A DNA stretch of 64,000 nucleotides from a virus (taxonomy: Duplodnaviria > Caudoviricetes). The stretch spans positions 1 to 64,000 of IMG/VR virus record IMGVR_UViG_3300046490_000065, one strand, 5' to 3'. The notes beneath the pieces were generated by a model, which was given only the letters and a program-made list of their open reading frames with translations, was not told where the DNA came from and did not search any database. The translations under genes and the position numbers were made by a program. Of this stretch, positions 25,931 through 35,948 are shown in pieces (the first letter of the stretch is position 1; each line of letters starts with the position of its first letter).

Positions 25931-26724
25931 CGAAAGAGATCACGCCGTTTTATGTGGGCAAGTTGGCGACTGCCGCCGCGCAGTTGAAAGTGACCCTAGA
26001 GGTCGATCCGGCCCTACTCCGGGAAGAGGTGGAGCAATACACCCAAGGGTTGTCCACGGTGCAGTTGGCCGTAAAGAATCTACAGGTCAACGACGAAGAG
26101 AGCTACCAGCAGTGCATCGAGCTTCGCAACGACGCTGGCCGACGCGAGAAGGGACTCACCGACATCTGGAAGCGGTACAAGGGACCGCTCAATGCCGCCC
26201 GGCAGGTGGTCCTGGATTACGAGCACGAGACGGTGGACGTATGCAAGGCCGCGAAGGATCTGGCCACCAAGAAGGGCGAGCAGTACATCATGGAGCAACG
26301 GCGGGCACAGCGGGCGGCCGAGGAACAGATGGCCGAGGCTGCCCGGAAGTTGCAACGGGATCTGGAGCGGAAGGCGTCCGACTTGGCTCTCACCGGCCAG
26401 ATGAAGGAAGCCGAGCAGGTGACCATGCAGGCGCAGATGGCCGTGGCCCCACGCCTGCCGAGCGCAGTCCCCGTGGCGGTCGGCGCCAGGGTGGGGGAGA
26501 AGTACACGGCACGGGTGATGGATGTCATGGCCGTTTTGAAGTCGATCGTGGACGGCCAAACGCCCCTCATGTGGGAGGTGAAGCCGGGCGACGTCCGCCA
26601 GCTGGTAGTGGTTGATGAAGTGGTGCTGCGGGCCATCGTGCTACGCCAGATTACGGGGTTGCGGATCCCCGGCGTGGTGGTGGAGGAAGGGGCCAAGATC
26701 AGTTCGACGCCGGGGGGAAGGTAG
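25927..26724 (+). CDS. coiled-coil phage protein of the recombination module
   Basis: Heptad-rich, ends IPGVVVEE. Confidence 0.7.
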   Translation: MTKEITPFYVGKLATAAAQLKVTLEVDPALLREEVEQYTQGLSTVQLAVKNLQVNDEESYQQCIELRNDAGRREKGLTDIWKRYKGPLNAARQVVLDYEHETVDVCKAAKDLATKKGEQYIMEQRRAQRAAEEQMAEAARKLQRDLERKASDLALTGQMKEAEQVTMQAQMAVAPRLPSAVPVAVGARVGEKYTARVMDVMAVLKSIVDGQTPLMWEVKPGDVRQLVVVDEVVLRAIVLRQITGLRIPGVVVEEGAKISSTPGGR

Positions 26725-26838
26725 TTGCCGCAGTACGAGATAACCGAGGAATCATGGGGGAGGGTGAGCAACCTCCTGATGGAGACCTACCCTGCCCCAA
26801 CAACCGACAACCAACTCAACCAACTGGAGAATACAACG

Positions 26839-27075
26839 ATGAACTGGTACGAAGATTTCACATCGAGCAACGTAAACCGGATAGGTTACGACCCGTCCAC
26901 CGAAGAATGCTTTGTCGAGTTCAAAGACAAAAGCAACAACGTGACCTCAACGTGGGCCTACAGCCGAGTGTCGGCCGACGACTTTGAGGCCATCAGAACG
27001 GCGCCAAGCGTTGGGAGCGCCGTCAACCGCAACCTCGTGCGGAGCGGCTTGTATTCAAGTCGCAAGGTGTCCTGA
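26839..27075 (+). CDS. KTSC domain protein
   Basis: SSNVNRIGYD...VEFK...Y..V...APSVG. Confidence 0.85.
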   Translation: MNWYEDFTSSNVNRIGYDPSTEECFVEFKDKSNNVTSTWAYSRVSADDFEAIRTAPSVGSAVNRNLVRSGLYSSRKVS

Positions 27076-27076
27076 T

Positions 27077-27433
27077 ATGGGCTTCCGCGACCGAAGCTCT
27101 GCCGGCCGCTCGTCGATCGTGCCTTTCGTCCCCGGTGAAGATTCCGGGGACCGGCACGACCGGAGGCTCTCCGCCAATCTGTGTGATGAGAACGACGCGC
27201 GGGCCGCCGCTAAGGCGATCGGGTTGGTGCTGAAGATTGCTAACGACGGCCATCACTGGATGTTCACCAGCCCAGGGTTTGTTGCCGACTGGTGGCCGTC
27301 ATCCGCCAAACTGGTGTTCAACAAGGAGTTCAGAAGAGGCGTTCACTGCCATGACTGGCAGCAGGCGCTACAAGAGATTGAGAAGCGACTGATCGCGTCC
27401 AACGTTGGACGCAAGGAGACTCCCTGTGGATAG
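27077..27433 (+). CDS. hypothetical protein
   Basis: NDGHHW...DWWPSSAK. Confidence 0.6.
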   Translation: MGFRDRSSAGRSSIVPFVPGEDSGDRHDRRLSANLCDENDARAAAKAIGLVLKIANDGHHWMFTSPGFVADWWPSSAKLVFNKEFRRGVHCHDWQQALQEIEKRLIASNVGRKETPCG

Positions 27434-27446
27434 GCCACTGCCCCCG

Positions 27447-27671
27447 ATGAAAGACCACTGCTGCGGTAGCTGCAAGTGGTTTGAGTTGTACACCCCGCTG
27501 ACCCCAACCGGCCGGTGGTCGAAAGACAGCGTAGGCCACTGCCGATGGCCGGAGCCACACGTCACGTACCCGGTGGCCATCACTATGTCTGTTGGTTTCA
27601 GGGTTTATCAATCCCGCAGTTACGTACAGCCGGCCACCGCCGGATGCCCCACTTGGGAGGTGCGCTCATGA
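27447..27671 (+). CDS. small Cys-rich protein
   Basis: CGSCKW...GHCRW...CPTW; start uncertain. Confidence 0.5.
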   Translation: MKDHCCGSCKWFELYTPLTPTGRWSKDSVGHCRWPEPHVTYPVAITMSVGFRVYQSRSYVQPATAGCPTWEVRS

Positions 27672-28435
27672 CCTGGAAGTCACAACTGGACATCGGCCGC
27701 GTGTTTGAACTGCGATCCAGAAGCACGAAATACCCGCCACCGTGCGGCTTGATCTTGAACCTACCCGCGCCTGGAAGAACCTACGTTGACCGTTTCATGG
27801 TTGCGGTGGACGGATTAGGCTGTATCGGTGACGGTCTCTATCGGCAAAGCCACAACCCAGACATCTACGTCGGTGGCATACGCCCCGAAGAATTCACCAG
27901 CCGACGCATCGCGCGGCGCCGCCCTGATCTGGAGCGGTTCGATGCGGATGACATTGCCCTGATCCGCTACGGACATAATCTCGATTTTGATGGCACCATC
28001 CACTCCTACTCGATGCCCAGCATCCCGCTCACGGCCCTCGCTGAGTGGACGGTATTCTGGACACCGCCATACACAGACGGTTTCCTGTACTTTAGGCCAA
28101 ACGAGCGCGAGCGCAAAGCGATGGCGGGCGCATGGCACTTCAGCCATCACGGCGGGCCGAAGCACCTTGGATACAACTATGGCCACGTTGTCGCTACTCG
28201 GAGCACTGGAGCGCGGCTGGAGCGTGTTCGCCGGATCGTGCTCCGCTATTTGTCCGACATGATCGAAACGGCGGTGCATGTGGTCCGCTATACGGACGAA
28301 CACGGGCGGACCTGCGTAACCACCGAGTTCGAGGGCGAGTGCGCTCCGTTCGGAGACGGGCGCACAACGATCTACCCAGATGCGAAGGATGGAGAGTACT
28401 CGATGTGCTGTGGCCCTCGAAAGGAGCGAACCTGA
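27668..28435 (+). CDS. hypothetical protein
   Basis: GGAGG SD, ATGA overlap. Confidence 0.65.
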   Translation: MTWKSQLDIGRVFELRSRSTKYPPPCGLILNLPAPGRTYVDRFMVAVDGLGCIGDGLYRQSHNPDIYVGGIRPEEFTSRRIARRRPDLERFDADDIALIRYGHNLDFDGTIHSYSMPSIPLTALAEWTVFWTPPYTDGFLYFRPNERERKAMAGAWHFSHHGGPKHLGYNYGHVVATRSTGARLERVRRIVLRYLSDMIETAVHVVRYTDEHGRTCVTTEFEGECAPFGDGRTTIYPDAKDGEYSMCCGPRKERT

Positions 28436-30264
28436 TGTTCCCCTCCCTTTTCTTCTGCGTAGACAAGAAGCATTCTTTTGACCTTTCCGAATGCCTGCGC
28501 TCCAACGGCATCCGCGTCTATCCCCTCACCGAGGACACCCCACCGGATCAGCGCAAGCGGTTCGTGCGGCTGTTTAAGGAGGGGGAGATAGATGGCTTGG
28601 CTTCATGTGGCGTGATTGATGAAGGCTTCGACGCCCCTAACGCAGTGGGGGGTTTTCACTGCGCCCCAACTAAGTCGGGGCTCCGCTACCGGCAGAGGGC
28701 AGGTAGGATCTTGCGGCCGTACCCAGCGCCGCAAGGAGAGCGCCTCTATCAGAAGGCCGCTCTCCACGGCATCTGGAATCATCTGAAACAGGGGGTCATC
28801 AACCAGCTTGTTGTGATGCCGACCGGCACGGGTAAGACCCGAATGGCTGCCCAAGTACCCAAGGTGATCAAGCACTGGAGGGAGAAGGCGGGGAAGGCCC
28901 GGCGCGGCCGTCTTCTGTTTCTCGTCCACCGGGAGGAACTGGCGCTGCAAACCGCCGATACCTTCCGCGAGCACACTGACATGACAGTGGGAGTGGAGAA
29001 GGCTGGATCCTACGCTGGTGATGCTGACGTCGTAGTGGGTAGCGTGCAGACCCTTGGCCCGGCCAAGTACGAAGACCTAGGGGGCGGCGAGGGGAGGTGG
29101 GAGTACAACTCCCGGCTGGCCTCTCTGCGGCCTGAGGACTTCGACTGCATCATAACCGACGAGGCCCATCACTTCAAGGGCAAGTTTTATAACCAGATAC
29201 TCCGGCGCATGCACGCGCTCAAGGGGGAACCAGACCGAGACCCGGACATCCTCAGCCTATTCATCACGGCGACTCCTAACCGTGCGGACAACGTTGGTAT
29301 GGAGGCGGTCTGCGATGCCCTTGTCTACGAATATGGGATCGTACAGGCGACGAAGGACGGCTACTTGGCGCCGCTCCACGCCTTCCGCTGCGAAACTACT
29401 GTGGACCTATCCGAACTGAAGACCCGCATGGGGGACTTGGAGCCAGAGAAACTATCCAAATTGGTCAATATCCCCGAGAGAAATATGCTGGTCGCCCGCG
29501 AGTACCTTCGGATACGGGATATGATCGCTCCGGACTTCGCGTCCAACGTTGGACCAGTCAAACCGTACTGTGTGCTGGTCGATTTCGTAGACGCGACCGG
29601 CCGCCATTCACTCATCTCCGCCCCGCAACTGTACGGCCTCCGTGAAAAGTTCGACCCGAAGGGTGCCAACGTCTTAGAGCAGGCGGCGGAGATCGACTCT
29701 ATCCAGGCAGCCAACCCCGGCCTGGACCTCCGCGAGGCCACCGACTTGGAAGATGCCAAGCGCCGGGCGGATGCCTACAAGACCTCCCTGCAAAAGCTGG
29801 ACCTCCTCAATCCATCGATCCCGAACGCCCTGCGCCACCTGTCCAAGATGACCTGGGTGGCGGAAGCGGCCGGCTCCTACCGACTGGGACTCATGGATGG
29901 CTCCATGCTCACCGTGCGGGAGGATGCCCTGGGTGGGTTCGAGGTGAACCGCCATGTGCGCGGGGTGAAGACGAAGCTCTACGCAGCCAAAGACCTGCCC
30001 CAGGCGATCAGCTTGGCCGAGAAGGAGATCCCGCCCAGTGACAAGCGGGTGCTGGCGGCCGATGCGGGGTGGAGGACAGAACCACCCACAGACAAGCAGT
30101 GCAGTAGGTTAATCGTAATCGATCGGCACTACAACCACCAGTTCCATGGGAACATGAAGGCTCTGTACACCTACGTTCTTGCCCGATACACCGCTGGCGA
30201 CCCTTTATTCTCCAGGGGAGGAATTGCCGACAGGATGAATCGAATCGACGCCAAGCGAAGGTAA
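28435..30264 (+). CDS. SF2 (ResIII/Irc3-like) DEAH helicase with motifs IV-VI moved to the N-terminus
   Basis: LFFC, DEGFDAP and QRAGRILR precede PTGTGKT, HREEL, DEAHH and TATP. Confidence 0.88.
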   Translation: MFPSLFFCVDKKHSFDLSECLRSNGIRVYPLTEDTPPDQRKRFVRLFKEGEIDGLASCGVIDEGFDAPNAVGGFHCAPTKSGLRYRQRAGRILRPYPAPQGERLYQKAALHGIWNHLKQGVINQLVVMPTGTGKTRMAAQVPKVIKHWREKAGKARRGRLLFLVHREELALQTADTFREHTDMTVGVEKAGSYAGDADVVVGSVQTLGPAKYEDLGGGEGRWEYNSRLASLRPEDFDCIITDEAHHFKGKFYNQILRRMHALKGEPDRDPDILSLFITATPNRADNVGMEAVCDALVYEYGIVQATKDGYLAPLHAFRCETTVDLSELKTRMGDLEPEKLSKLVNIPERNMLVAREYLRIRDMIAPDFASNVGPVKPYCVLVDFVDATGRHSLISAPQLYGLREKFDPKGANVLEQAAEIDSIQAANPGLDLREATDLEDAKRRADAYKTSLQKLDLLNPSIPNALRHLSKMTWVAEAAGSYRLGLMDGSMLTVREDALGGFEVNRHVRGVKTKLYAAKDLPQAISLAEKEIPPSDKRVLAADAGWRTEPPTDKQCSRLIVIDRHYNHQFHGNMKALYTYVLARYTAGDPLFSRGGIADRMNRIDAKRR

Positions 30265-30323
30265 CGTGGGCAGTAAATAGTGCCTACTTCTGCCACCCGG
30301 CAGGACCCGGCATGGGGAACAGA

Positions 30324-30611
30324 CTAGGCGCTGGCATCCTGGCGACCAACCCAAAGGGACTGTGGTGCCGGGGATTGCCCGAAGTAGGTGGCGGCAGCCA
30401 GGAACTCGGGATCGGTGGTCTGGAAGTTGTCACTTGCCATGCCGATCAGGGAGTAATAGAGCCGCAGTCGAGAGTTGGCCCCTACGGAGGGGATGTGAGT
30501 CGAGGAGCCGACGATGAGCGCCTGGTTAAATACTGGCGAGGGCGCGGCTGCTGGAGAAATAAACGTCGCAACGTTCAAAATATTGGAAAGCGGAAGCGGA
30601 TTTGCAGACAT
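30324..30611 (-). pseudogene. N-terminal fragment of a DUF3383-type contractile tail sheath protein
   Basis: LPLSNILNV...RLRLYYS...DPEFLAAATYFGQSPAPQSLWVGR, then stop at 95 aa; AAGGAG SD retained. Confidence 0.6.
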
Positions 30612-30677
30612 GCAGAAGTTCTCCTTAAAGTTCGTTAAATCGTTTCAATAATCGAGTCAGATCTGAGCCGTAGCTGA

Positions 30678-32069
30678 TTACTGCACCCCGACTACGGCGC
30701 ACCCGCCGCCCCCTCCGCTCATGCCCACCGTAATCGTGTGGGAGAGCGTTCCATCGCTGATCGTCAAGGTGCCACCTGTAGATCCCGTGGTGATGGTCAG
30801 TGTAGCCGCTGTGTTACTCGCTATGGCTTGACTGATCTTGGTTACCCCGGATACGCCTGATATAGTAAATGTCTGCGCGATCCAGGTAGTGCTATCTCCA
30901 GTGAGCGACAACACTATATTGGCAGTATTGCTGGTCGGCACAGCAGTTGGAGAAACGGTAAATGTCGCCGTCCCAGGGACCTCCTCTGTTCCGATTGACC
31001 AGAACCCCGTGGCCCCGTCGTTGCCGGGAACACTCTGATTGTTGTATTCGGCTGCTATCCAAGCGTCCGAGAATGCGCTTTGCGCTATATGTGCCTCATC
31101 GATCACGCTGTTTGCGAAGTTTACGACGCTGCCCGTATAAACCGCCCCAATGAGCGCTTTTGCCCCAGCAGTGCTGTTTAGAACTCCACTTACGTTGGCG
31201 TTCGATGTCTGCTTGACACCATTGACGAAAATGGATGAGTTAGTGGCGTCATAGGTGATTGCCAGATGGTACCAGCTACCCGCAGATGGAACAGAGGTTC
31301 CGGCAGTCAGAGTACACGCAGAACATCCCCGGTAGACGAATACGTTGGACCCGCTGGAGAATCCAAACAGGTTCCCTCCGGCTCCGTTGTACCAGGAAAT
31401 CACGTCCTGTTCCGATGACACCACGGTTGGTTTGACCCATGCAGAGTATGTGAAAGGCTGATTTGGTCCAGCCTGCAACGTAGTCGGATTTCCTAAGTCA
31501 ACATAATCGGTTATGCCGTTATATGTGAGGCCGTTGCCGATCTTTCCCGTCGCAGACTTACCGCTGGTATTCGCTGCCGCAGCCCCGTTATTTCCGTTGG
31601 TTGTCGCATCGGCTACCGCAGTGCTGGAGGCGTTATCCTCGGAGTGATAGACTCCGCCGAACGCCGCCCAGGTCGTAGCATTGTTTCCCTGGTATGTCGT
31701 GACGCCGGAGTTTCCGTAGCAGAGATTGATCGTCGTGCCGTTTGCGAGCGATGGCACCTTGACCCACATTTGCATCGCGCCAGTGGTCGCTGCATAACTC
31801 CCTGCGACGAGTTGGAACGGCAGCAAGGTCCCGGTCGAACTCACTGGAATAATGTCGTATCCAGATGCGCTCGTAACATGCCCGCCGTTAGCTACTGTCT
31901 TGAGCATGGCGCTGGCGGGGTTGAGAATGAGCGCCGGGAAGTCAGTAAGGGTTCCCGTCACTTGGCCCGTTTGCACCTGCGCCACTTTCGCATAACCGTA
32001 CCCAGATGGGCAAGTCACTGCCAGCGCAGGTGATGCAGCCAACAGCAGTACCGATAGTAAGCGCCTCAT
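30678..32069 (-). CDS. signal-peptide protein with DUF2341-like and LamG/concanavalin domains
   Basis: MRRLLSVLLLAASPALA; LTDFPALI; WVKVP; SAWVK; WYHLAITYD; IDEAHI...WIAAEYNNQ. Confidence 0.8.
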   Translation of the reverse strand: MRRLLSVLLLAASPALAVTCPSGYGYAKVAQVQTGQVTGTLTDFPALILNPASAMLKTVANGGHVTSASGYDIIPVSSTGTLLPFQLVAGSYAATTGAMQMWVKVPSLANGTTINLCYGNSGVTTYQGNNATTWAAFGGVYHSEDNASSTAVADATTNGNNGAAAANTSGKSATGKIGNGLTYNGITDYVDLGNPTTLQAGPNQPFTYSAWVKPTVVSSEQDVISWYNGAGGNLFGFSSGSNVFVYRGCSACTLTAGTSVPSAGSWYHLAITYDATNSSIFVNGVKQTSNANVSGVLNSTAGAKALIGAVYTGSVVNFANSVIDEAHIAQSAFSDAWIAAEYNNQSVPGNDGATGFWSIGTEEVPGTATFTVSPTAVPTSNTANIVLSLTGDSTTWIAQTFTISGVSGVTKISQAIASNTAATLTITTGSTGGTLTISDGTLSHTITVGMSGGGGGCAVVGVQ

Positions 32070-32070
32070 G

Positions 32071-34044
32071 CTACCTTCCCTCCCACACCTGGACTGATCC
32101 AGTAATCCAAGTGAACGTACTCGGAGATGACAGCGTGACGCACACCATCGTTTGCGGAGCCAGCGTGCGCGCCCAACTCGTCAGGGTCGAGTCCGTAAGC
32201 TTCGCCACGCTCGACATCGACTCTCCACCATTGCTGATATCACTAGCGGACGATGGTCCTGTGTAAGATGCCAACGCCACTGCTTTGACGGTGATTGTAA
32301 CTGATCCGGCTTGATCCCCTTGCGCTGAAAACTGATTGATGTACCCACCGAATGGGACCAAGGTGCATCGGGTTGTGGTTCCGGAAAGCGCCGACCCGCC
32401 GCCGTCAAACGTGAATGGGATAGTGCGCCATGGCATATAATTGTTGGCGCTCCAAGTGGAGTCCGTGAGTGCCGTACCGGAAAAGTCTACGTAGTTTGTC
32501 TTCTCTATGTTGTTGTGGATCGCAGTAGAGTCACCGCAGAGGAATGGCCCTAGAGCATCGTACCAACCGTTATCTCCAATGTTCCAGTTGGTCGAATTGG
32601 ATAACTTTATTCCGCACGAGTAACTGTACGTGCAGGACCCAGCGCCGTTGATCGGCGCGCAGCCCTCCAGCGTGTTCCCGCGTATCGTGTTTGAGCGATT
32701 GTTGTACGCCGCGCTCTGCGCGTTAGCTGCCCTGATGATGGGTGGCGTCGTGCTCGTATTTCCCCCAATCACGTAACTGTTCAGGAATTTAGTATCATTG
32801 ACGTTGCCTACCATGTCGAGGACAATCCCCATGCGCAGAAAATCCACCGTGTCGATTACGCTGCCGTACCCGCTGAACGGGTCCGTGATCGCTCCGGTAA
32901 GTGGGTAAGTTCCGCCGCCTCCCATCTGGATAGCTGTGTTGCACCCGCTTCCCTCAGCGACCGCCGAAAAGAAACTGGCATGATGGACCAGCAGTTTCGT
33001 TCCTGTGGTCAACAGAAACGTGGCGCAGTCCGTAGCGAAGTCTGCAATCGTCAAGTGATCGAGTTCGAGTGTGCCGATCCCGCTCGTCCAAAACTTCGGT
33101 CCCGCACTGTATCGAAGATCCAGGTAAGATCCCTTGCTGACAGATGCCACAGAAACCAGCAAGTCATCCCCAGAGGACGCTCCCCCGCCAGATATCCTGA
33201 TAGGTGGCATCGAATATCCAACCCCACCGTGGCACGTCACGATTTGAGAGTTTGCCCTAATACCTTTACCGGCATCGATACACAGGTGGCCTCCGTTCGC
33301 CGCGCAATACCCAGCAATGGTGGAATTCAGCCGCGTTGATTCGTCGGTGCCGTCGAGTGCGAACCCGAGCGACGAAGCCAGATCACAATTAGCGCCGCCA
33401 CCCGAACCTGCTGGCCCCTGCGGGCCAGTTGCGCCCGTCGCTCCAGCGGCACCTTGCGGTCCTGTCGCGCCAGCAGGGCCAGTAGCCCCGGCCGGACCGG
33501 TGGCACCCGTTGGCCCTGGAACGGAGGAAGCCGCTCCCGTTGCACCAGTAGGACCCTGCGCTCCTGTGGCACCCGTAGCTCCAGTTGCTCCAGTTGCTCC
33601 AGTTGACCCCGTTGGACCTGTTGCGCCCGCTGGTCCAGTAGGACCCGTTGATCCAGTTGCCCCAGTGAACCCGAACGTTGCCCAATAAGTTGGGCTTGTA
33701 TCTGGTTGATGCCCTGTATTGGATGATGCAAGAGAGATAAACGTCACTGCTGGAGTACCGTATGACACGACATCTAACGCAGCGTATGTTGTCCCCGCCG
33801 CGTACTGTCCACGCGCCACAAACGATCCGGTGGCTGCCGTAAGGAATCGCCAAGTGTCCGTCGCGGGGCAGTCGTACAACCCAGGATTGGTAGTGCCGGT
33901 CCGAAAGAAAACATCACCAGTCGCGGGCGAGCATTGTGATGGCAGCGCCGCGTTCCACTGGACGTGCCTTGCGATGCCAGAACTGGTCTGCGCCCACAGT
34001 CCAACATTGGACGCCAGAATCAAGAATACTGTAAGTAGACGCAT
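32071..34044 (-). CDS. collagen-repeat fibre/adhesin with signal peptide and beta-helix-like region
   Basis: About 28 Gly-X-Y triplets; CBM-like [10 protein letters not shown]...DVVSY...PTYW segment. Confidence 0.75.
   Translation of the reverse strand: MRLLTVFLILASNVGLWAQTSSGIARHVQWNAALPSQCSPATGDVFFRTGTTNPGLYDCPATDTWRFLTAATGSFVARGQYAAGTTYAALDVVSYGTPAVTFISLASSNTGHQPDTSPTYWATFGFTGATGSTGPTGPAGATGPTGSTGATGATGATGATGAQGPTGATGAASSVPGPTGATGPAGATGPAGATGPQGAAGATGATGPQGPAGSGGGANCDLASSLGFALDGTDESTRLNSTIAGYCAANGGHLCIDAGKGIRANSQIVTCHGGVGYSMPPIRISGGGASSGDDLLVSVASVSKGSYLDLRYSAGPKFWTSGIGTLELDHLTIADFATDCATFLLTTGTKLLVHHASFFSAVAEGSGCNTAIQMGGGGTYPLTGAITDPFSGYGSVIDTVDFLRMGIVLDMVGNVNDTKFLNSYVIGGNTSTTPPIIRAANAQSAAYNNRSNTIRGNTLEGCAPINGAGSCTYSYSCGIKLSNSTNWNIGDNGWYDALGPFLCGDSTAIHNNIEKTNYVDFSGTALTDSTWSANNYMPWRTIPFTFDGGGSALSGTTTRCTLVPFGGYINQFSAQGDQAGSVTITVKAVALASYTGPSSASDISNGGESMSSVAKLTDSTLTSWARTLAPQTMVCVTLSSPSTFTWITGSVQVWEGR
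33400..33670 (-). repeat. collagen-like 9-bp-period coding repeat
   Basis: GAT/GPT/GPA triplets. Confidence 0.85.
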
Positions 34045-34057
34045 CGTGTGGGCTCCT

Positions 34058-34390
34058 TTAGGGAATCAACTCCACATTTACTACACACGTCGCCCCGGAG
34101 GCCCGCAGCCACATCGCCCCGACCGGGACGTTCATGGCTTCCTTGCTGGCCCGGTACTGGTCATGCAGAAGAAGCTCGTATGACTTCCTGGTCGAAGACA
34201 CGTTGGCGTCTCCCACGTAGACCGAGTTGGCCCCGTTTGAACTGTCGGCCTGAAGAGACATCTGGCCGACATTCTGGATGAGCCCGGCGAGGGAAGAGTC
34301 TACCGCAACAAGTAACGCCAACAGATTGTGCGGGTTTGTATCGGATAATGTCAAACTAATTCCATAGTACGCATTCAGAGCGACAGCCAT
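34058..34390 (-). CDS. small beta-rich virion-type protein
   Basis: GAGG SD; [16 protein letters not shown]. Confidence 0.65.
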   Translation of the reverse strand: MAVALNAYYGISLTLSDTNPHNLLALLVAVDSSLAGLIQNVGQMSLQADSSNGANSVYVGDANVSSTRKSYELLLHDQYRASKEAMNVPVGAMWLRASGATCVVNVELIP

Positions 34391-34409
34391 TCAGGACACC
34401 TCATTCTGA

Positions 34410-34456
34410 ATCATACCCCCATAGACCTTTCAAATCAACGTGGTGTAGGGTATACT
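34410..34456. promoter_or_regulatory. divergent -10 elements
   Basis: Minus strand GGTATGAT near 34410-34417; plus strand GGTATACT with TATACT at 34451-34456, 7 nt before ATG 34464 (leaderless-like). Confidence 0.55.
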
Positions 34457-34463
34457 GGGGCCG

Positions 34464-35318
34464 ATGGCGGAACTACCCGATTCCAAAGCAAGGGCATCCT
34501 GCGACCTCGATGGGGTGATCACGGTGGGACCGGGCAAGACTCCCTACGACTTTGCCCCCGTGCGAACTGGTGCCCGCGATTTCCTCCGCACCCTCCACGA
34601 GCGCTACGAAGAAGTCATCATTCACACGGCCCGGCCGGTCGATGCGGCCAAGAACTACCTGCGGCAGAACGGTTTGTTGAAGTACGTGGCGGACGTCACC
34701 AACACGAAGCTCCCATCCAAGGTCTACATCGACGACAGGGCGGTGGCGTTCACTGGGGACTTCGAAAAGACCCTGGAAGAGGTCGAGGACTTCCGGCCGT
34801 ACTGGGCAAAGTCCGCGTCCGACGTTGGACTAGATGATGCCTCCACCCAGTTCGACCTGCCGCCGGACCTTGCGGCCAAGGTGATCTCCATGGGGAAGAA
34901 TGTCCCAGACTCTATGCTCCACGGTAAGGGTCGTGAGGAGCACCCTCACATTACCGTGCTCTATGGGATCGAGGACGAGACGCCGGACAAGTTGGCCGCC
35001 GCTCTCAAAAACTTCGGCCGCGTCCGAGCCCGGCTTGGCGCCACGAGCTTCTTCCGGGTTCAAAAGAAGGGGTTCGACGTCGTGAAGCTAACCGTCGCGT
35101 CAGAGGACTTGAAGCGGTTGCGCAAAGCGGTGGAAGCGGCGTCTAAGTTCCATACGGATTTCCCGGACTACGTGCCCCACGCGACGATCGCTTATACGAA
35201 GCTAGGCAGCGGAGAGAAATTCTCTGGAGATCGCACGTTGGCCGGCGAGGAATGCGTCTTCGACGCCCTTACGTTCTACGGATCGAATGGAGAACGGACG
35301 AGGATACTCCTGACCTAG
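34464..35318 (+). CDS. HAD-family phosphatase fused to 2H phosphoesterase (Acb1/T4 57B-like)
   Basis: DLDGVI, HTAR and YIDDRA (HAD); HITVLYG and DFPDYVPHATIAY (two HxT motifs). Confidence 0.82.
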   Translation: MAELPDSKARASCDLDGVITVGPGKTPYDFAPVRTGARDFLRTLHERYEEVIIHTARPVDAAKNYLRQNGLLKYVADVTNTKLPSKVYIDDRAVAFTGDFEKTLEEVEDFRPYWAKSASDVGLDDASTQFDLPPDLAAKVISMGKNVPDSMLHGKGREEHPHITVLYGIEDETPDKLAAALKNFGRVRARLGATSFFRVQKKGFDVVKLTVASEDLKRLRKAVEAASKFHTDFPDYVPHATIAYTKLGSGEKFSGDRTLAGEECVFDALTFYGSNGERTRILLT

Positions 35319-35516
35319 CCGGTCAGCTTCCTCGGCGATCTCTTCGACGTCGTATCCGTTTTTCACCAGAAACGTAAGGTCCATTTCCCCACCTCACTAC
35401 TCCCGGCGGCTTGTCCTGTTGTACGGACGGGCCGCCGGGATCCGTACACGATTGACCTGTTGATCCATCGTACCTGATTTCTGCCGGGCCAGTCAACCAC
35501 CCGGCGCAAAAATGGG

Positions 35517-35545
35517 TTGACTTGTGGCGTGAGGTGGGGTACTGT
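35517..35545 (+). promoter_or_regulatory. sigma70-type promoter of the replication operon
   Basis: TTGACT-N17-TACTGT. Confidence 0.7.
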
Positions 35546-35669
35546 TTTATTTTCCAGTGATGATTTCCAGTTGGCCGACTGGTTCACTGTGGATCGCCGG
35601 AGCCCGGCGGAGGGAGACCCCTCCATCCTTCCGCCACCCGGTTGCCCCTACGGAGGGGGCTTATAACGT

Positions 35670-35948
35670 ATGAAGATTAAAGTTTCCGTAGAGCGCCTCC
35701 CGTTCTGGGTTTGGTTATGCCGGTTTGCCTACCGTCATGCGGCCAAACGAAGCTCTGGTATCCCCACCGGTCTACCGGGCCATCGGGATCCCGAGAGCCG
35801 GTGTGACCAGTACTTCCCTGTGAAGGAACCGAGTGGTAAAGGTCCGTGCGGGGGCGACGGGCACTACTTGTGCCGTGATTGCGAATGGCTATCAGCCGAG
35901 CGTATCGCTGAGTTCGATGGAAATTTGGAGGAGTTCTATGGCCGGTAG
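35670..35948 (+). CDS. hypothetical Cys/His protein
   Basis: GGAGG SD; CGGDGHYLCRDC. Confidence 0.6.
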   Translation: MKIKVSVERLPFWVWLCRFAYRHAAKRSSGIPTGLPGHRDPESRCDQYFPVKEPSGKGPCGGDGHYLCRDCEWLSAERIAEFDGNLEEFYGR

